Shown: one piece after another, positions 18,796 through 28,355 of the stretch
Position numbering within the stretch: the stretch's first letter is position 1
Layout of the letters: the number at the start of each line of letters is the position of its first letter
Source of the DNA: Minisyncoccota bacterium
GTDB lineage: Bacteria > Patescibacteriota > Minisyncoccia > Phycocordibacterales > DATDWN01
Direction of reading: 5' to 3'
NCBI GenBank assembly: GCA_041674105.1
Contig: JBAYWK010000001.1
Location: 167,114 to 231,113, forward strand
Length of the DNA stretch: 64,000 nt
Notes under the pieces: model-generated
The model's input: only the letters and a program-made list of their open reading frames with translations
Told to the model about the DNA's origin: nothing
Database searches by the model: none
Made by a program: the position numbers and the translations under genes

Positions 18796-19006
18796 TCATT
18801 TTATCACTTTTCGGTTTTGAAATGTAGCGCAAAATAAGGGAATTTTAATTGCCACTTTTCAAAACTACTGGCGGTGACGATGTCCCGAAGTTAGAACCAA
18901 TGAGAACGCTTCATTTCAGCCGTGTTGATAAAATTGTACGTGATTTACGGCAAATTTACAGAGAAAACCCAACCTGCTTTGATATCCCCGGATTTGCTCA
19001 GAAAAT
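18796..19006 (-). repeat. copy 2 of the roughly 200-bp paralogous leader element (5' of NUDIX, begins at the deacetylase stop)
   Basis: See copy 1. Confidence 0.5.
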
Positions 19007-19726
19007 CTATTGAGGACGAGCTTTCTGTAACAACTCGGACACTGTCACAAACGTATATCCTTCCTGCTTAAGCGCATCAATTATAAGCGGTAAAGCTTGG
19101 CGTTGTTCGCCACAGGTATCACACAGGGGGTGTAAAAGAATAATGGAACCAGGCCTTGTGTTCTCAATTGCATTGCTCACGAAGAATTCGGTGGTAGTGC
19201 CATAAGTGTCAGGCTCAACATCCCAAATAACCGTTGCTATATCGTGCTTATCCAGATACCACGGTAAGCCCAAGAGTTTCTTACTGTTTGGAGGACGGAA
19301 TGTAATCTTTCCCTCATATCCAGCCTGTCGAATAAGGCGATTTGTGGTTTGGATTTCATTATTTATGAAATCTTGCGATTTGAAGATTATTCTTTGGTGA
19401 GAATATGAATGGTTTCCAAGCTCGTTTCCGTTGGCAACTATCTTTTTTGTTAGATCGGGATATTTTTCGATTTGCTGACCAATTGCGTAAAACGTCGCGG
19501 TTACTTGTTTCTGTGCGAGCACATCAAGCACTTCATTCGTATAAGCAGTCGGCGCATCATCAAAGGTGAGTGCGACCACTTTTTCATCTGTGTCTACTCT
19601 TGTTATCAACACTCCAAAGACCTGATACGTCCTGGAATTCATGAGTTTGTAAGTGCCATACAAGACGACTATCACCGCAAGCAGTATCGCAATTACAATC
19701 AGAAATAGTTTAAAAAATTTATGCAT
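19007..19726 (-). CDS. polysaccharide deacetylase (NodB homology domain), N-terminal TM anchor
   Basis: VALTFDDAPTAYT...ATFYAIGQQ...GNHSYSHQ. Confidence 0.75.
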   Translation of the reverse strand: MHKFFKLFLIVIAILLAVIVVLYGTYKLMNSRTYQVFGVLITRVDTDEKVVALTFDDAPTAYTNEVLDVLAQKQVTATFYAIGQQIEKYPDLTKKIVANGNELGNHSYSHQRIIFKSQDFINNEIQTTNRLIRQAGYEGKITFRPPNSKKLLGLPWYLDKHDIATVIWDVEPDTYGTTTEFFVSNAIENTRPGSIILLHPLCDTCGEQRQALPLIIDALKQEGYTFVTVSELLQKARPQ

Positions 19727-19744
19727 AATTCTAATTTGCCCATT

Positions 19745-19834
19745 TGGCGGAGGAGGTGAGATTCGAACTCACGGTCCCCGTAAAGAGACTCCTGTTTTCA
19801 AGACAGGTGCAATCGGCCACTCTGCCACTCCTCC
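19745..19834 (-). tRNA. tRNA-Ser(TGA) copy 1, CCA encoded
   Basis: Class II tRNA. Anticodon loop CTTGAAA, long variable arm, T-arm GTGAG-TTCGAAT-CTCAC. Confidence 0.85.
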
Positions 19835-19868
19835 ATATTTTATATTATCTTTCCACTGTTTCTACTGT
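19747..19868 (-). repeat. 122-bp direct repeat copy 1 (tRNA-Ser plus 34 bp of its 5' flank), identical to 22277-22398
   Basis: Visible identity through ...ccatattttatattatctttccactgtttctactgt. Confidence 0.8.
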
Positions 19869-19872
19869 TATA

Positions 19873-20454
19873 TTATTTTCTCACAATAAAATGAAAAACA
19901 TGCCAGTGCTTCATATCTCCCTTTGCTGTTGGTCTGTCTGCTTCTTCTTCCTTAAAATCAATAATCTCTAAACCATTCAAAAACTTTTCTGCCTGTTCAC
20001 GAGTCTGAAAATTCATCTTGTGATCTGGAACATTCCACTCATCTTTTTCACCGAAAAATTGTCCGGTAAGTATTCCACCGGTTTTAAGTGAAGAAGTGAT
20101 TGATTTGAAAACTCTTTCAAAAGTGTTTTGTGGATTGAATGGTAAAGAGTATTGTGCATTTATGAGATCGTATTTGTCTTCAACAAAATCAAAATCCTCA
20201 AAAGTACTGATAACATATGAGACAATTTCTGGTGGAAAGTTTTGAATGATGTCTTGAGCAAGAGGTTTACTGTCTACAGCATTAATATGTTTAAAACCTT
20301 TTGAAACGAGGAACTTTACGTCATTCAATGCACCAGAGCCTAAATCCAATGCTTCATTTTTATCATTCACAAAATCCACCGCCTTAACGAGTAGAGGTCG
20401 TGGCTTTATGTCCTTTGTCCGTTCAAAGTATTCTTTCCAAGTATTTTCTGACAT
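19873..20454 (-). CDS. class I SAM-dependent methyltransferase
   Basis: Motif I LDLGSGALND. 193 aa. Confidence 0.6.
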   Translation of the reverse strand: MSENTWKEYFERTKDIKPRPLLVKAVDFVNDKNEALDLGSGALNDVKFLVSKGFKHINAVDSKPLAQDIIQNFPPEIVSYVISTFEDFDFVEDKYDLINAQYSLPFNPQNTFERVFKSITSSLKTGGILTGQFFGEKDEWNVPDHKMNFQTREQAEKFLNGLEIIDFKEEEADRPTAKGDMKHWHVFHFIVRK

Positions 20455-20543
20455 AGTTGCATATTAGCACATAGTTTTTGATAAAGAAAAAGTCCCACCG
20501 TTCGCATTTCGCTACTAGGTGGAACTTGATTCACGGCCGATCC

Positions 20544-21794
20544 TTACGGATGAGTAATGAAAGTGTACTGGCGTTCGGGACTGAGGAGAGCAACTACTTC
20601 CTCCATCTGCTCGAACGTAACCTTTTGCAGATTGTCCCAGACCTCCTGCATGGGAATGATTCGATGATGGTTAACCAATTCACCCGCACATTCTCCACAC
20701 AGACCTGCTCCAGAATGATCGATCATGAGACACTGCTTGATGCAGGACTCGAGCTTGCGATCAAAGAGATCACGCCGTGATGGAACCATTGAGATGCACT
20801 TGCGTACAAGCTCGTTGATATATGGCGTAGCTTCTGGACTGATCTGCCCCTCGATCCGATACTCGCAGACATCCTGTAAATCCTCGAAGTCGATACCGAT
20901 GCTGTATGCGAGTCCACGTTTTTCGCGAACTTCGTCAAACAGAATCTTTCCGAGAACATTGTTGAACACCCTGCGTGCTTGTCGAGGAAAATCTAACGGA
21001 AACGCCCACGTTGCTTTGTAGCCCGTCTGATCAACCTTGAAGTTGACGTGGTCGGACATCTTCACTGTGTGAGACTGTTCCATTGGGATTGCAAATTGAT
21101 TGAACATTGAAGGAATAGGATTTCTCCGTCCCTCCTTTTGCTTTCCAAACGGACTCCGTTCAAGCTCGGCGATTACTTCTTCGGTCGTGAGACCTCCGAG
21201 AATTACCAAGCTCATGTTGGCTGGCGTGTAGTGTTGGTCGTAGAAACCTTGCAGGTCAGCTTCCGTTGCCGAAAGAAAACCCTCAGGACGACCAAGTGGA
21301 CGATTGTACGTTTCGAGACGATGCCCTTTGAAAAGCGATCGTCGTATTGTCATATCCCATTCCAATTTTTCAAGGAATGGGTACCGCTGATTGAACTCGC
21401 GGTAGATGACTTTACGTTCTCTTTCAATATCCTTTTCGAGACGAGCTTCGAGAAGCATCGAACCGAAAATTGAAATTACTTCTCGAAATGTCGACAAATC
21501 TGCTGGAACAGCAAACTTGTATCGAGTTGAGAGGTAGTTGGTCCTACCATACTCCGCTCGACCACCAACGCTCTCGATAAACTGCTTCACCGAGTCGTGT
21601 GTACGATTCGGAATGTTTTGACTGACACAATGTTCAACGAAGTGAGCGACACCAGGCATCTTGACCTGATCTTCGCGTGCTCCGCTGTGAACGACGATCT
21701 CCATTCTAATCCAAGGACGATCCTGGGACATCGAATGAATTTCAAGACCGTTCGGAAGAGCACATTTGTTGAAACCTACATACGGATCGTACAT
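20544..21794 (-). CDS. M16-family zinc peptidase (pitrilysin-like)
   Basis: HFVEH zinc motif plus downstream ERERKVIYREF glutamates. GC around 48%, clearly above the genome background. Confidence 0.75.
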   Translation of the reverse strand: MYDPYVGFNKCALPNGLEIHSMSQDRPWIRMEIVVHSGAREDQVKMPGVAHFVEHCVSQNIPNRTHDSVKQFIESVGGRAEYGRTNYLSTRYKFAVPADLSTFREVISIFGSMLLEARLEKDIERERKVIYREFNQRYPFLEKLEWDMTIRRSLFKGHRLETYNRPLGRPEGFLSATEADLQGFYDQHYTPANMSLVILGGLTTEEVIAELERSPFGKQKEGRRNPIPSMFNQFAIPMEQSHTVKMSDHVNFKVDQTGYKATWAFPLDFPRQARRVFNNVLGKILFDEVREKRGLAYSIGIDFEDLQDVCEYRIEGQISPEATPYINELVRKCISMVPSRRDLFDRKLESCIKQCLMIDHSGAGLCGECAGELVNHHRIIPMQEVWDNLQKVTFEQMEEVVALLSPERQYTFITHP

Positions 21795-22095
21795 TTCTTC
21801 TCCTCTTTTTCGTGGTGAATTTGATGGTTACAAAGAATTTAGTCCATGCCTATTTTAGCACACTTAATGCCACTATGTCAATAGCACCCTTGTTTTTCCA
21901 TAAAGAGCGAGTACTGAAACTTGAACAGTTTTCTCTCTATGCTTCGGATTACGTTTCTTTATTCACTCGCATATATCAACTACTCGAAAAGTATCGGATG
22001 ACTGATGAGCTGACTGGAATAGGAATAGGTGTCAGGTACCGTTTTTTTACTTCAATCTCAAAAAATTAAAAACACCCCGAAGGGTGTCTTTAATT

Positions 22096-22277
22096 TGCGG
22101 AGGAGGTGAGAGTTTCTCCCTCGAAAAATCACTTGCCGTCGCAAGTGGTTTTTCTGGGCACCGGTTTGTCGACAAGCCCTGCTGGGCTCGTAGACCGACA
22201 AACCGTTCGAATCTCACCCGAAAAACTTTCAGTTTTTCTTCCACCCAAACAAAAAACACCTAACGGTGTTCTTGTTT
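22096..22277 (-). repeat. tRNA-trailer miniature element B downstream of tRNA-Ser copy 2, bounded by a 15-nt direct copy of the tRNA 3' end (gcggaggaggtgaga at 22096-22110)
   Basis: Conserved core tccctcgaaaaatcacttgccgtcgcaagtggtttttctgggcaccggtttgtcgacaagc at 22116-22176. Inverted copy of the Ser T-arm ccgttcgaatctcacc at 22201-22216. Confidence 0.6.
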
Positions 22278-22364
22278 GCGGAGGAGGTGAGATTCGAACT
22301 CACGGTCCCCGTAAAGAGACTCCTGTTTTCAAGACAGGTGCAATCGGCCACTCTGCCACTCCTC
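22278..22364 (-). tRNA. tRNA-Ser(TGA) copy 2 (identical body, CCA not encoded)
   Basis: Identical to copy 1. Confidence 0.85.
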
Positions 22365-22375
22365 CATATTTTATA

Positions 22376-22591
22376 TTATCTTTCCACTGTTTCTACTGTA
22401 TATTTTTTTGCCACAAAATATATATAAATAATATCCAATATGGCGAAAGTATTTATAATCAATAAAATAATGAACCATTTTTTCTGGGAAAGTTGCGCTG
22501 ATTTCCATAAAGCAAGCCCTTTCCAAGGTAATGTCCATACTAATACTGCTGCAATTAGCCAAGGATTTATTGTTAACATTTCTGTTGACAT
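22376..22591 (-). CDS. small two-helix membrane protein (about 72 aa)
   Basis: MSTEMLTINPWLIAAVLVWTLPWKGLALWK... Confidence 0.35.
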   Translation of the reverse strand: MSTEMLTINPWLIAAVLVWTLPWKGLALWKSAQLSQKKWFIILLIINTFAILDIIYIYFVAKKYTVETVER

Positions 22592-22655
22592 GCACACATA
22601 ATACCAGAAATAAGGCTTAATGCAATGTTTTAGTTTTTGGTATACAATGGCTTTT

Positions 22656-23048
22656 ATGAGGCATTTAGGCATAGATTTTGGGACAAAAAGGGTTGGGCTA
22701 TCTATATCAGATGATCAAGAGAACATAGCTTTTCCTCTTTCTGTTATAGAAAATTCAGATCATTTGGTAGATGATATTGTTTCAATTTGTTTAGAAAAAG
22801 AAGTCAGAGGTGTTGTGGTGGGGGATTCAAAGGATTTTTCTATGAAAGATAATCAGGTTATGAAATATGTAAATATTTTTGTTGCAGATTTCAGAGAAAA
22901 AATAAATATTCCAGTGTTTTTTCATCCAGAGTTTTTGACTTCTTTAGAGGCCAAGCAGATACAGGGTAAAAATGATATGTTAGATGCTTCGGCAGCAACG
23001 ATTATGTTACAAAGTTATTTAGACACACAAAAAAATGATATCAATTGA
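22656..23048 (+). CDS. ruvX: Holliday junction resolvase-like RuvX/YqgF
   Basis: MRHLGIDFGTKRVGLSISD. Confidence 0.75.
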   Translation: MRHLGIDFGTKRVGLSISDDQENIAFPLSVIENSDHLVDDIVSICLEKEVRGVVVGDSKDFSMKDNQVMKYVNIFVADFREKINIPVFFHPEFLTSLEAKQIQGKNDMLDASAATIMLQSYLDTQKNDIN

Positions 23049-23361
23049 TGATTTTAAAAAAATAGAAATAAAAATAGGACAAATATTGAGTGCGGAAAAA
23101 GTAGAAGATACAGACAAGTTGTTAAAATTGTCTGTTGATTTTGGGGAAGAAGCTCCTAGGCAAATAATTTCAGGAATATCTTCTTATTTTGAAGACACAA
23201 AAGATTTGGTTGGCAGAAAATGTGCATTTGCTACAAACTTAGAGCCACGCACTATAAAAGGGCTAGAAAGTCAGGGTATGATCCTAGCTGTTTCTGGAGA
23301 TAATTTTTTTTCATTGTTAGAAGTTTCGGTAAAAGTTTTACCGGGCAGTCCTATAAGATAA
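23035..23361 (+). CDS. stand-alone tRNA-binding protein (Trbp111/CsaA-like; homologous to the MetRS C-terminal domain)
   Basis: IDDFKKIEIKIGQILSAEKVEDTDKLLKLSVDFGEEAPRQIISGI. Confidence 0.7.
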   Translation: MISIDDFKKIEIKIGQILSAEKVEDTDKLLKLSVDFGEEAPRQIISGISSYFEDTKDLVGRKCAFATNLEPRTIKGLESQGMILAVSGDNFFSLLEVSVKVLPGSPIR

Positions 23362-23404
23362 AAATAAGTACACTTATTAAAAGTATTTTAGTATAATAAG
23401 GTTA

Positions 23405-24370
23405 ATGGTTTTTAAAAAAATTTTTGACACACTCCCTCCTCCAAAATTACTAAACATACCATATTTTGCGGTGTCTGTTTCTGATAAGAATATTCGTTGC
23501 ATATATCTTTCAAATCGAGGTCAAAAGATAGAACTTGTAAAATCCTCGGAGTACTCTATTCCAGAAGGAGTTATATCTGGAGGTCATATAGAAAATATGG
23601 ACGAGTTTTCCAATATATTGAAAAAAATAAAAAAAGAATTTGGTTTAAATTATGTAAGAATGTCTATTTCTGAAGAGAAGGCTTATCTTTTTAAAACTAA
23701 AATACCAATAGTGAAGAGAAAAGAGGTCCGTGATGCAATAGAGTCCACTCTAGAAGACAATGTCCCTGTGCCTGCAGAAGAGCTTGTCTTTGATTTTGTT
23801 GTAAATGACAAGACGGATTTAGATGATAGTTTAGATGTTGTTGTGGTAGCTCTTCCTGTAAAAATAGTTGACTCTTATGTAGAAGCTGTTTCTAAAGCCG
23901 GACTTTCAATGATTTCTTTGGAAATTGAATCACAAGCTATTTCGCAATCTCTTTTATCTCGTAATGATAGAAATACTAATATAATAATTTATCTTAATGA
24001 TGAAAAGATGTCTGTCTATGTTGTCAATAACTCTATAGTCCATTTTACCTCCACTACTTCTATAAAAGGGAATATAAAAGATAATGTCCCTTTTATTTCT
24101 CAAGAAGTAAGAAAGATTAGAACATATTGGAAATCCTTAGAGGGTAGTTCTTCTGAAGACAGTATAGAGGAGGTTATAATTTGTGGAGATTTTGTAGAAG
24201 AAGATGTCATATCACAGATATCGGTAAATATAAAAATGCCGGTAGTCCTTGGTAATGTGTGGACCAATGTATATAATTTAGATAAGTCTGTCCCAGATAT
24301 TTCTTTCAAGGATTCTTTAAAATTTGCTCCGGCTATAGGCTTGGCTTTGCCTGAAGATCTTTTAATTTAA
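23405..24370 (+). CDS. pilM: type IV pilus assembly protein PilM (actin-like ATPase fold)
   Basis: Size, position upstream of pilN/pilO, and PilM-like N-terminus. Confidence 0.6.
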   Translation: MVFKKIFDTLPPPKLLNIPYFAVSVSDKNIRCIYLSNRGQKIELVKSSEYSIPEGVISGGHIENMDEFSNILKKIKKEFGLNYVRMSISEEKAYLFKTKIPIVKRKEVRDAIESTLEDNVPVPAEELVFDFVVNDKTDLDDSLDVVVVALPVKIVDSYVEAVSKAGLSMISLEIESQAISQSLLSRNDRNTNIIIYLNDEKMSVYVVNNSIVHFTSTTSIKGNIKDNVPFISQEVRKIRTYWKSLEGSSSEDSIEEVIICGDFVEEDVISQISVNIKMPVVLGNVWTNVYNLDKSVPDISFKDSLKFAPAIGLALPEDLLI

Positions 24371-24376
24371 ATAAAA

Positions 24377-24916
24377 ATGTTTAATTTAATACCAAAATCA
24401 GCAAAAAAGATAATTTCAAAGGATTATAAAATAAGGAGATGGGTTGTTGTTTTAACTTTTGTAATATTTGTTCAGCTTTCTCTTATGGTTTTTTTGCTAC
24501 CATCTTTGGTTCTATCATATTTTAAAGACAAAGATCTTTCAGAAGAAGTTCAGTCTGCAAAAGAGTCAGTTTTATCTAAAGATGCCGCAGCTATCTCTAA
24601 AGTTATTACTTCTACAAATACAAGCTTAGATTTGTACGAAAATCTTTTTTCCTATCCTCAGGTGGTGCCCCAGATAAATAAAATAATTTCTTATAAAAAC
24701 CAGTCTTTAAAATTTACAGATTTTCTTTACCAGTCTACAGGTACTTCAACCTCTCTAATAACTGTGAGGGGGATAGCTAGTACCAGAGACTCTTTGGTTT
24801 TGCTTGTGAGAAATCTTGAAGAATCAGGAGTTTTTTATAATGTTGATTTGCCAGTGAGTAATTTAGCAAAAGATAGAAACATTGATTTTTCTGTGAGTCT
24901 TTATTTTAAAGAATAA
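24377..24916 (+). CDS. pilN: type IV pilus assembly protein PilN
   Basis: MFNLIP N-terminus (the NLLP motif), single TM. Confidence 0.6.
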   Translation: MFNLIPKSAKKIISKDYKIRRWVVVLTFVIFVQLSLMVFLLPSLVLSYFKDKDLSEEVQSAKESVLSKDAAAISKVITSTNTSLDLYENLFSYPQVVPQINKIISYKNQSLKFTDFLYQSTGTSTSLITVRGIASTRDSLVLLVRNLEESGVFYNVDLPVSNLAKDRNIDFSVSLYFKE

Positions 24917-24918
24917 AA

Positions 24919-25467
24919 ATGAATACTTATTTTTTCAAAAAAACAATAGCCATTTATTCTATAATAGTGATAGCTCTGTTGGGTTTACATATTTTTGTTT
25001 TTTTAAAAATAAAAAATTACAATCAAAGTATCGCTTCTTTTGAAAACGAACTAATCGTCCAGAAGGATAGGCAGGAAAAGATGTTTTATATGAATCAAAT
25101 TATTGATCAAAATAAAACTGAAATAGATTTAATAAAAAATTCTGTTGTATCAAAAAATGGTAATGTAGAGTTTATAGAAACAATGGAATCTCTGGCAAAA
25201 AATAATAATCTCTCAATAGAAATACAATCTTTGTCTTTTGAACCAGATCCGACTTTAAACAAAGATGAAATGGTTTTCTTTAAGATAAAGGCTTTGACTA
25301 AGGGTTCTTGGATCAATATATATACATTTTTATCCCAGATAGAAGCATTACCTTTTTCTATTAGAGTAGACAATATGGCTGCCGTATCTTCTTCTTCAGA
25401 TTCCCAAAATGGTATAAAGTCTGAGTGGCAAATGACTCTTGATATTAGAGTCTTAAAGTATAAATAA
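24919..25467 (+). CDS. pilO: type IV pilus assembly protein PilO-like
   Basis: Single TM, coiled coil. Gene order pilMNO. Confidence 0.45.
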   Translation: MNTYFFKKTIAIYSIIVIALLGLHIFVFLKIKNYNQSIASFENELIVQKDRQEKMFYMNQIIDQNKTEIDLIKNSVVSKNGNVEFIETMESLAKNNNLSIEIQSLSFEPDPTLNKDEMVFFKIKALTKGSWINIYTFLSQIEALPFSIRVDNMAAVSSSSDSQNGIKSEWQMTLDIRVLKYK

Positions 25468-25468
25468 T

Positions 25469-25795
25469 ATGGAAGATTTAATTAAAAAAATAAAGAGTTT
25501 TTATAGTTCAAATAAAAAAATTTCTTATGAGAAGAAGGGTATAAATCCTAAAAAAGATTGGATAGGTATTTTAAGCGTAGTTTTTATTGTTTTGGTTTTA
25601 GGAGGGATCTTTACTATTTATTTTTATATTCAAATAAACAATAGCTCTCTTTTTAAAGAAAATTACGAAGAATCTAGTGTTACTGTTTTAAATAATAAAG
25701 CTTTAGATAGGTTTGTAAAAAATATAAATGATAAAAAAGATGTTGTTCAAAGTATAAAAGACGGGAGAATGGCAATGTCTGACCCGTCAGAGTAA
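25469..25795 (+). CDS. small single-TM protein, last gene of the pilMNO cluster
   Basis: 108 aa. Translationally coupled to the upstream gene. Confidence 0.4.
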   Translation: MEDLIKKIKSFYSSNKKISYEKKGINPKKDWIGILSVVFIVLVLGGIFTIYFYIQINNSSLFKENYEESSVTVLNNKALDRFVKNINDKKDVVQSIKDGRMAMSDPSE

Positions 25796-25836
25796 TCTTT
25801 TCTGTTTTTTAAAAATATGTTAATCTGTCTATGTTT

Positions 25837-25908
25837 GCTCTCGTAGTTCAATGGATAGAACAGAGCTCTTCTAAGGCTTTGATGTAGGTTCGATTCCTGC
25901 CGAGAGCA
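25837..25908 (+). tRNA. tRNA-Arg(TCT)
   Basis: Acceptor GCTCTCG/CGAGAGC, T-arm GTAGG-TTCGATT-CCTGC, anticodon loop CTTCTAA. The 3' end lies within a 24-bp perfect palindrome at 25899-25952. Confidence 0.85.
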
Positions 25909-26066
25909 CAATTAAAAAAATCCCCTTGGGGATTTTTTTAATTGTGCTCTCGGAGAAATAGTCCGGGAGACTGTTTTGTCAGGAATCGAACGGTTTGTCG
26001 ACAAACCGGTACCCAGAAAAACACTTGGGGCGGCAAGTGTTTTTTCGAGGGAGATATCCTGCCGAG
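25909..26066 (+). repeat. tRNA-trailer miniature element C downstream of tRNA-Arg(TCT), ending in a direct copy of the tRNA 3' end (tcctgccgag at 26057-26066)
   Basis: Inverted T-arm copy caggaatcgaacgg at 25980-25993. Conserved core in reverse orientation at 25990-26055, with the GTCGAC palindrome and the AAAAACACTTGGGGCGGCAAGTGTTTTTT hairpin. Confidence 0.6.
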
Positions 26067-26180
26067 GACATGTTATTTTATGTTAAAATTATTAAACAGA
26101 TAATTTTTTGCTTGTTATGCTACTTACTTTAACGGTGCAAGAAATATTGTAAGAAATATCATAAAATTTAGTCTTGAAAT

Positions 26181-26693
26181 ATGAAAGACCTGGAGAAAAA
26201 AGAAAAAAACAATAATAAGGAAATTTTTGAAAGCTTATTTCAAGAGTATTCTTCTGTGGTCTATCGTCTTTGTTTGTATAAAACTAGCAAAGAAATAGTG
26301 GCACAGGATTTAACTCAAGAAACTTTTTTACGCTTGTGGAAGACAATGTCTTCTAGTAAAGAAATATTTAAACCAAAACAGTATATTTATCAAATCGCTA
26401 GGAATTTGATTGTAGATTATTATAAGTCAAATAAAACCATTTCTTTAGATGAATTGCAGGAAGAAGGTTTTGATCCGAAAATAGAACAAAGTTCACCAGA
26501 AATTTTGTCAGAGATTTCTCTTTTGAAAGAAGTCATTGAGAGTCTGGATACAGAATTTAGAGAAGTTATATATATGAGATTTGTAGAAGGTTTGGGAGTC
26601 TCAGAAATATCTGAAATATTAGATATTTCTGAGAATCTCGTCTCAGTCAGAATCAGTAGGGGTAAAGAAAAGTTGAAGGATAAATTTTTATAA
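26181..26693 (+). CDS. ECF-type RNA polymerase sigma factor (sigma-70 regions 2 and 4)
   Basis: Region 2 ...LTQETFLRLWK... Region 4 HTH EVIYMRFVEGLGVSEISEILDISENLVSVRISRG. Confidence 0.8.
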   Translation: MKDLEKKEKNNNKEIFESLFQEYSSVVYRLCLYKTSKEIVAQDLTQETFLRLWKTMSSSKEIFKPKQYIYQIARNLIVDYYKSNKTISLDELQEEGFDPKIEQSSPEILSEISLLKEVIESLDTEFREVIYMRFVEGLGVSEISEILDISENLVSVRISRGKEKLKDKFL

Positions 26694-26694
26694 T

Positions 26695-27492
26695 ATGAAA
26701 ATGACAGAAGAACAATTTAATGAAATTCAAAAAACTTTTTCTAAAAGGTCTCTTTCTGATGATCAAAAAAACATAATACTCTCGACTATTTATAGAGAAG
26801 TGGGGAAGACTGAATTTCAATCAATCCCGGGTTCTGTGGTGGATAGTCCTATAAATTACTATTTTTCTTTTTTTAAGCATAAAACTTTTGTTATTATGGC
26901 GAGCTTTTTATTGTTATTATCGGGCACAGCCTATGCTTCTGCCCAAAGTTTGCCAGGAGATTTACTTTATAGGATGAAGGTTAATATGATAGAGCCTACA
27001 GTACTTGCTTTTAAATTTAGTGAAGAGTCTAAAAATGAGTACAAGATAGAATTGCTTCAGAAACGAATCGAGGAATTAGAAAAACTAAATAGCAAGAGTG
27101 CATTAGATTTAAACTCGCAGAAAGAAAGTTTTAAAGCTACAGTAAAAAACATAAAAATTCTTGAAAAGAGTTCTATCTTCAACGAACAAGGTGAAAATCA
27201 AGGTGTTTCCGAGCAGATTAAAATTTATAATGGTCTAATGGGGGATGATTTGAAAGTGGACACAAAAATTGAGATTGAACTAGGTAGTGATTTAGAAGTA
27301 AAAAAAGATACAGGAGTAATTGATGGGAAAACAAATGATTTAAAAGATGTTACAAATAAGCCCGATAATGATAGTGGTAGTTTAAATATCAAGAATGATG
27401 TTATCGAAAAAGATGAAATTAAGGTTATTGATAATGTGATAAGGAATATTGAAGAAACTCAGGATATAGAACCTAAAATACCTCAATTGTAA
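26695..27492 (+). CDS. putative anti-sigma factor (single TM; LPGDLLYRMK motif as in DUF5667 proteins)
   Basis: The start overlaps the sigma stop. TM at residues about 65-85. LPGD.LY..K motif. Confidence 0.5.
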   Translation: MKMTEEQFNEIQKTFSKRSLSDDQKNIILSTIYREVGKTEFQSIPGSVVDSPINYYFSFFKHKTFVIMASFLLLLSGTAYASAQSLPGDLLYRMKVNMIEPTVLAFKFSEESKNEYKIELLQKRIEELEKLNSKSALDLNSQKESFKATVKNIKILEKSSIFNEQGENQGVSEQIKIYNGLMGDDLKVDTKIEIELGSDLEVKKDTGVIDGKTNDLKDVTNKPDNDSGSLNIKNDVIEKDEIKVIDNVIRNIEETQDIEPKIPQL

Positions 27493-27586
27493 GATTTTTT
27501 TAAAAATAAAGTCTTGGACCATGTACAATAAAAGTACAGTAGAATAAGTCGAAATTACTGATAAAACATAGATAAAATATAACTTT

Positions 27587-28318
27587 ATGAAAAATTTAAT
27601 GATAAAAGGGGTGAGTCTTTTAGCTTTATTAGCATTTGTATTTGCACCGATTGTTTCTAACGCCGAGTTAGATGCCAATGTCATAGGAAGTGTGGATTTA
27701 GTGTCAAAAACTAATGATAATGTATTAGATGTAAAAATTGATACTGACACAAATGTTGGCACATCTGTGGATACAGATAATGATGGAAAAGTAATGGTTG
27801 ATACAAGTTCAGGGAGTACTTCAAATCAAGTAAAAGCAGAATCAGATACAAATTCTGCTTTGAAAATTAATACTCTCGGTATTGCTATTACTTCATCTTC
27901 ACAAGTGAAGTCTGATGCTGATCTTGAGATATTTAGCTCAAATGTTTCTGTAGAGAAAGAAAAAGTTGATAAGGTAGAGATTAAGTCTGATGAGGATGGT
28001 GAATCAAAGGTGGAAGTGGTCTATAAACACAGAGGTAGATTATTAGGATTTATTCCAATAACTCTAAAATCAACTACAAGTGTTGAAGCAAACTCAGATT
28101 CAGAAATCGTGGTAAAGACAAGAATGCCTTGGTGGAGTTTCTTGGTGGGTAAGGTAGATTACTCAAAAACAGATATTGAGTCAAAAATAAAAAATAACGA
28201 AACTGTAAAGGCAAACGCCAAAGCAAATGCTTCTGCAGAATCCAAAGCAAAAGTAGTAGAAGCTGTTATTGCAGAAGTTCAAGCTGATGTTGATGCACAA
28301 GCTTCATTAAATAAATAA
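27587..28318 (+). CDS. secreted hypothetical protein (signal peptide), third gene of the ECF operon
   Basis: MKNLMIKGVSLLALLAFVFAPIVSNAE signal peptide. D/S/T-rich. Confidence 0.5.
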   Translation: MKNLMIKGVSLLALLAFVFAPIVSNAELDANVIGSVDLVSKTNDNVLDVKIDTDTNVGTSVDTDNDGKVMVDTSSGSTSNQVKAESDTNSALKINTLGIAITSSSQVKSDADLEIFSSNVSVEKEKVDKVEIKSDEDGESKVEVVYKHRGRLLGFIPITLKSTTSVEANSDSEIVVKTRMPWWSFLVGKVDYSKTDIESKIKNNETVKANAKANASAESKAKVVEAVIAEVQADVDAQASLNK

Positions 28319-28355
28319 GATGACTGTGAGTTTATAAACTGAAAACTTAAAACAA

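Noticed and set aside
19653-19971. ORFs 19653..19889 and 19744..19971, and their twin at 22106..22465
   Set aside because: They translate across the tRNA-Ser(TGA) copies and the 122-bp direct repeat. The identical peptides merely reflect the DNA repeat.
20478-21818. Several plus-strand ORFs inside the M16 peptidase gene
   Set aside because: They are antisense to a gene with intact HxxEH and downstream Glu motifs. High GC gives long antisense frames.
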